In this document: in pieces, positions 6,350 to 8,840 of the stretch
How the letters are laid out: each line of letters begins with the position of its first letter
Position numbering within the stretch: the first letter of the stretch is position 1
IMG/VR virus record: IMGVR_UViG_2917881069_000002
Coordinates: 1-8,840 of that record
Origin: a virus
Taxonomy: Duplodnaviria > Heunggongvirae > Uroviricota > Caudoviricetes
DNA: 8,840 nucleotides
Direction: 5' to 3' (one strand)
The notes under the pieces: model-generated
Database searches by the model: none
The model's input: the letters and a program-made list of their open reading frames with translations, nothing else
Told to the model about the DNA's origin: nothing
Position numbers and translations under genes: made by a program

Positions 6350-8107
6350 TCAACGGATACTGATACCGGAAGCAGCTTTTTTGGTCACAATCACTGTACA
6401 GTCTGTGATGTTACCTGCGCCCTGATTGCCTTTCTGGAAAATCTTAAACTCCAGAGTGACGCTACCACCACCACTCGGCATATCAATAACCGCACTGTAA
6501 CTACCGGGAATGGCTCCTTTAGTTTCTCTGGTTGCGATTAATACGCCGTTTTTGCGAACTTCAAAACCATAACCCGTGTATCGCGTACCTCCCGGGTTAT
6601 TACCGCTCCCCGGATCGTCATACGCCACACCATTAAAAATAATGGGCGGAATAATAATCTGACGGTCAAAGTTATGATCATCGTAAATGGTGACTGTAAC
6701 CGTCCCGCCTGGTGTTTCCGTATCGCCCCACGAGCCAGTTTTTTTCGGGAATGGCTTAGATACAGCTTTGACGAAGTCACCTCTGACCTGAGTTGCCTCC
6801 AGCATTCCCTTAATCGTACAGTTCTCATTTATCGTGACGTTGTTGAGCGTCCCGGAGTTCGCGTTCACGTTACCGCTGATATCCGCATTTTTCGCCGTCA
6901 GCCGCCCGTCCGGTGTCAGGGAAAATGCCGGAGGATTACCGCCGCTGGTAATGGTGGGAGCCGTCAGATACTTCAGGAACACTTCGTTCATGAATATCTG
7001 GTTGCCCTGCGCCACAAACATCGGCGTTTCATTCCCGTTTGCCGGGTCAATAAACGCGATACGGTTAGCGGCAACCAGGAACTGGCTCAGTTTGCCTTCC
7101 TCCGTATCCTCCATACTAAGGCCAAGCCCCGCGACATAATGCCTGCCGTCTTCGGTCTGCTCAATTTTGACGCCCCACATGGCATTCCATTTATCGTTGG
7201 CGTCCTTCCACTCTTTCGAAAACTCCTCCAGTTTGCTGGCGTTATCCTCCGTCAGCTCGACTTTTTCCAGCAGCTCCTTGCCGAGATGGGATTCGGTTAT
7301 CTGGCCTTTGAAAAAATCCAGGTAACCTTCCGCATCATCGCTCGCCCGACCGACAGCCTCCACGAATGTCGATTTGCCGACGGTGTTCACACTGCGAACG
7401 TAAAAATAATAATCATGGCCCGGTTTGATATTGATACTGGCGGCTATCCAGTACAGCGCCGTGCCAAGATAGCGGGCTGTGGTTTCAACCTGCCTGATAT
7501 CCGCAATCCGCTTTTCCGAGAACCAGAACTCAAACTGTACAGTCGGATCATAAACCGCAAGATGCGGCGTGGCGGTTATCTGAAAATAGCCCGGCGTCAG
7601 CTCAATCCGCGATGGCGCTGCCGGTGCGGCAATCCGGAACGATACCGACGCCGGATCGCCCTGCTGCCCCCACGCATTTACCGCCCGGACTGTCAGACTG
7701 TAATTTCCCAGAGCCAGCTGCCTGAAGCGGTATGTGGTTTCCGTCGTCCGGGCCGTGCTGACCAGCCGCTCACTGCCGTCATCCGCTGCCACGGTCAGGC
7801 GAAGCATAAAGCTCACGCCCTTCACCACCTTCGGCGTATCCCAGCGCGCCAGCACCTGGTATTCCCCGCTGTCTGCGGTGACTTCTGCGGTCAGGTGTTG
7901 CACTGCTGGCGGAGTGACACCATTCACCGTGCCGCTCTGGTCGCCGTCAAAGTGCGCCCCGTTATCCACGATGGCTTCTTTCTCCGGCACATGCTGCACG
8001 GCGGTGATGGCATACGTACCGTCATCGTTCTCACGGATACTCACGCAGCGGAACAGGCGCTGGCGCAGCGTCGGCAGCTTCAGCCCCCACCACGCTGTAT
8101 TCTGCAA
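6350..8107 (-). CDS. J: Host-specificity protein J (central tail fibre / tail tip), C-terminal 585-codon segment; its upstream end is a frameshift point, not a true start
   Basis: Long minus-strand ORF ending ...[13 protein letters not shown] with TGA at 6350-6352. Translation from [41 protein letters not shown] onward reads as a lambda gpJ-family protein. The track M at 8107 is a TTG; the real continuation is in the overlapping upstream frame. Confidence 0.85.
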   Translation of the reverse strand: MQNTAWWGLKLPTLRQRLFRCVSIRENDDGTYAITAVQHVPEKEAIVDNGAHFDGDQSGTVNGVTPPAVQHLTAEVTADSGEYQVLARWDTPKVVKGVSFMLRLTVAADDGSERLVSTARTTETTYRFRQLALGNYSLTVRAVNAWGQQGDPASVSFRIAAPAAPSRIELTPGYFQITATPHLAVYDPTVQFEFWFSEKRIADIRQVETTARYLGTALYWIAASINIKPGHDYYFYVRSVNTVGKSTFVEAVGRASDDAEGYLDFFKGQITESHLGKELLEKVELTEDNASKLEEFSKEWKDANDKWNAMWGVKIEQTEDGRHYVAGLGLSMEDTEEGKLSQFLVAANRIAFIDPANGNETPMFVAQGNQIFMNEVFLKYLTAPTITSGGNPPAFSLTPDGRLTAKNADISGNVNANSGTLNNVTINENCTIKGMLEATQVRGDFVKAVSKPFPKKTGSWGDTETPGGTVTVTIYDDHNFDRQIIIPPIIFNGVAYDDPGSGNNPGGTRYTGYGFEVRKNGVLIATRETKGAIPGSYSAVIDMPSGGGSVTLEFKIFQKGNQGAGNITDCTVIVTKKAASGISIR

Positions 8108-8840
8108 CGCCGTCAGGAACCCGTCTCACTTTCACCTTCACGCCGTCGGTGACGGACTGGACCTCCACGCTGACCGGATTCCCCTGTCCGTCAACCAGGC
8201 TTATCAGCGTGGTGCCGGAGGATGGCAGCGTGATTTCACGGTCGAGCGTCAGTGTCCGCGTCTGGCTGTTCACCGCCAGCACGCGCCCGCCGATGCTGAT
8301 ACCCGCATAGTCATCATCACAGATTTCAATGACATCGCCCGGTACATGGCGAAGCCCTTCTGCACCCACGCTGAAGTCCACGGTCTGCGTTTCCAGCAGC
8401 TCCGTTTTAATCAGCCACAGCCCGGCGCGGTGTGCCTGCCCCCGGCTGGTACAGCCAAAGGCATCCATCTTCGTGACGTTACGACCGTAACGGAGAATGG
8501 CCTGCGTATCTTCAACAAGCTCTGTCGCCGTCTCCCAGCCGTTATTCGGGTCAATCCAGTTCACCTCAACGGCATTATGGCGGTCCTTCAGGGCGCTGAA
8601 GCTGTAGCGGAACGGCGCGCCATCATCCGGCATCACCACATTACTGCGGTTATAGGTCCACACCTTATCCGACGGTCGGTCCTGCACGAACGTCAGCGTC
8701 TGCCCGTTCCATACCGGCATACAGCGCATCGCCGAGCAGAAATCACTGAGAACATCCCACGCCTTACGCTGTGTGGTCAGGTAGGCATTACGAGGTGATG
8801 CGCGGCTCCGTGCCACCAAAGCCATCCGGCACCGACTGGT
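8031..8840 (-). CDS. J: Host-specificity protein J, N-proximal segment (5' end beyond the window), terminated by an apparent frameshift
   Basis: Frame is open to the window edge (codons TSRCR precede the track's ATG at 8823-8825). Translation ...[72 protein letters not shown]...[17 protein letters not shown] is J-like. It then degenerates to [19 protein letters not shown] and stops at 8031-8033 while the J-like reading continues in the other frame. Confidence 0.85.
   Translation of the reverse strand, partial: TSRCRMALVARSRASPRNAYLTTQRKAWDVLSDFCSAMRCMPVWNGQTLTFVQDRPSDKVWTYNRSNVVMPDDGAPFRYSFSALKDRHNAVEVNWIDPNNGWETATELVEDTQAILRYGRNVTKMDAFGCTSRGQAHRAGLWLIKTELLETQTVDFSVGAEGLRHVPGDVIEICDDDYAGISIGGRVLAVNSQTRTLTLDREITLPSSGTTLISLVDGQGNPVSVEVQSVTDGVKVKVRRVPDGVAEYSVVGAEAADAAPAPVPLREYP

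Larger units (their letters stand above)
940..8840. mobile_element. Integrase-proximal end of a lambdoid-type prophage integrated at the 5' end of dusA (partial; continues beyond the right edge)
   Basis: Gene content: integrase divergent from dusA, DinI-like gene, J and Stf tail genes. AT-rich accessory genes contrast with GC-rich dusA. The left boundary is approximate (expected inside the dusA 5' coding region). Confidence 0.85.

Noticed and set aside
8105-8107. Track start of the 585-aa J segment (MQNTAWW...)
   Set aside because: The codon is TTG with no RBS, and the first residues are the out-of-frame reading of the upstream J segment; it marks a frameshift, not a start.
6674-8798. Long plus-strand ORFs (492 aa and 354 aa) opposite the J gene
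   Set aside because: Antisense to a gene with strong J-family protein similarity. Their translations are Arg/Pro/Cys-rich with no recognisable domains, which is typical of antisense ORFs in GC-rich coding DNA.

Overview
This window is the integrase-proximal end of a lambdoid-type prophage inserted at the 5' end of the host dusA gene, in an Escherichia-like enterobacterial chromosome. All identifications are by eye from the sequence and ORF track; no database search or computation was run. Left to right: dusA (minus strand, complete, 1-1038); a divergent dusA-associated-type tyrosine integrase (1127-2224, plus); two tandem LexA boxes driving a DinI-family gene (2286-2534, plus); then a convergent minus-strand tail module read from the right edge. 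That module is: host-specificity protein J (5' end beyond the window, split into two frames by an apparent 1-nt frameshift at a G5 run), an intrinsic terminator, a mosaic side tail fibre, and three tightly packed small genes where a tail-fibre assembly gene would normally sit. The side tail fibre has a lambda Stf-like N-terminus, an Ala/Ser/Thr-rich shaft with 189-bp tandem repeats, and an AT-rich C-terminal domain with a jelly-roll/LamG-like ending. The three small genes encode an acidic 93-aa protein overlapping the fibre stop (ATGA), a 227-aa protein with a coiled-coil plus a Peptidase-S74-type intramolecular chaperone domain, and a 95-aa small membrane protein. This fibre-plus-accessory cassette is the best candidate for undescribed biology here. 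No rRNA, tRNA or CRISPR array was seen. The track renders alternative starts (GTG at 6295, TTG at 8107) as M.
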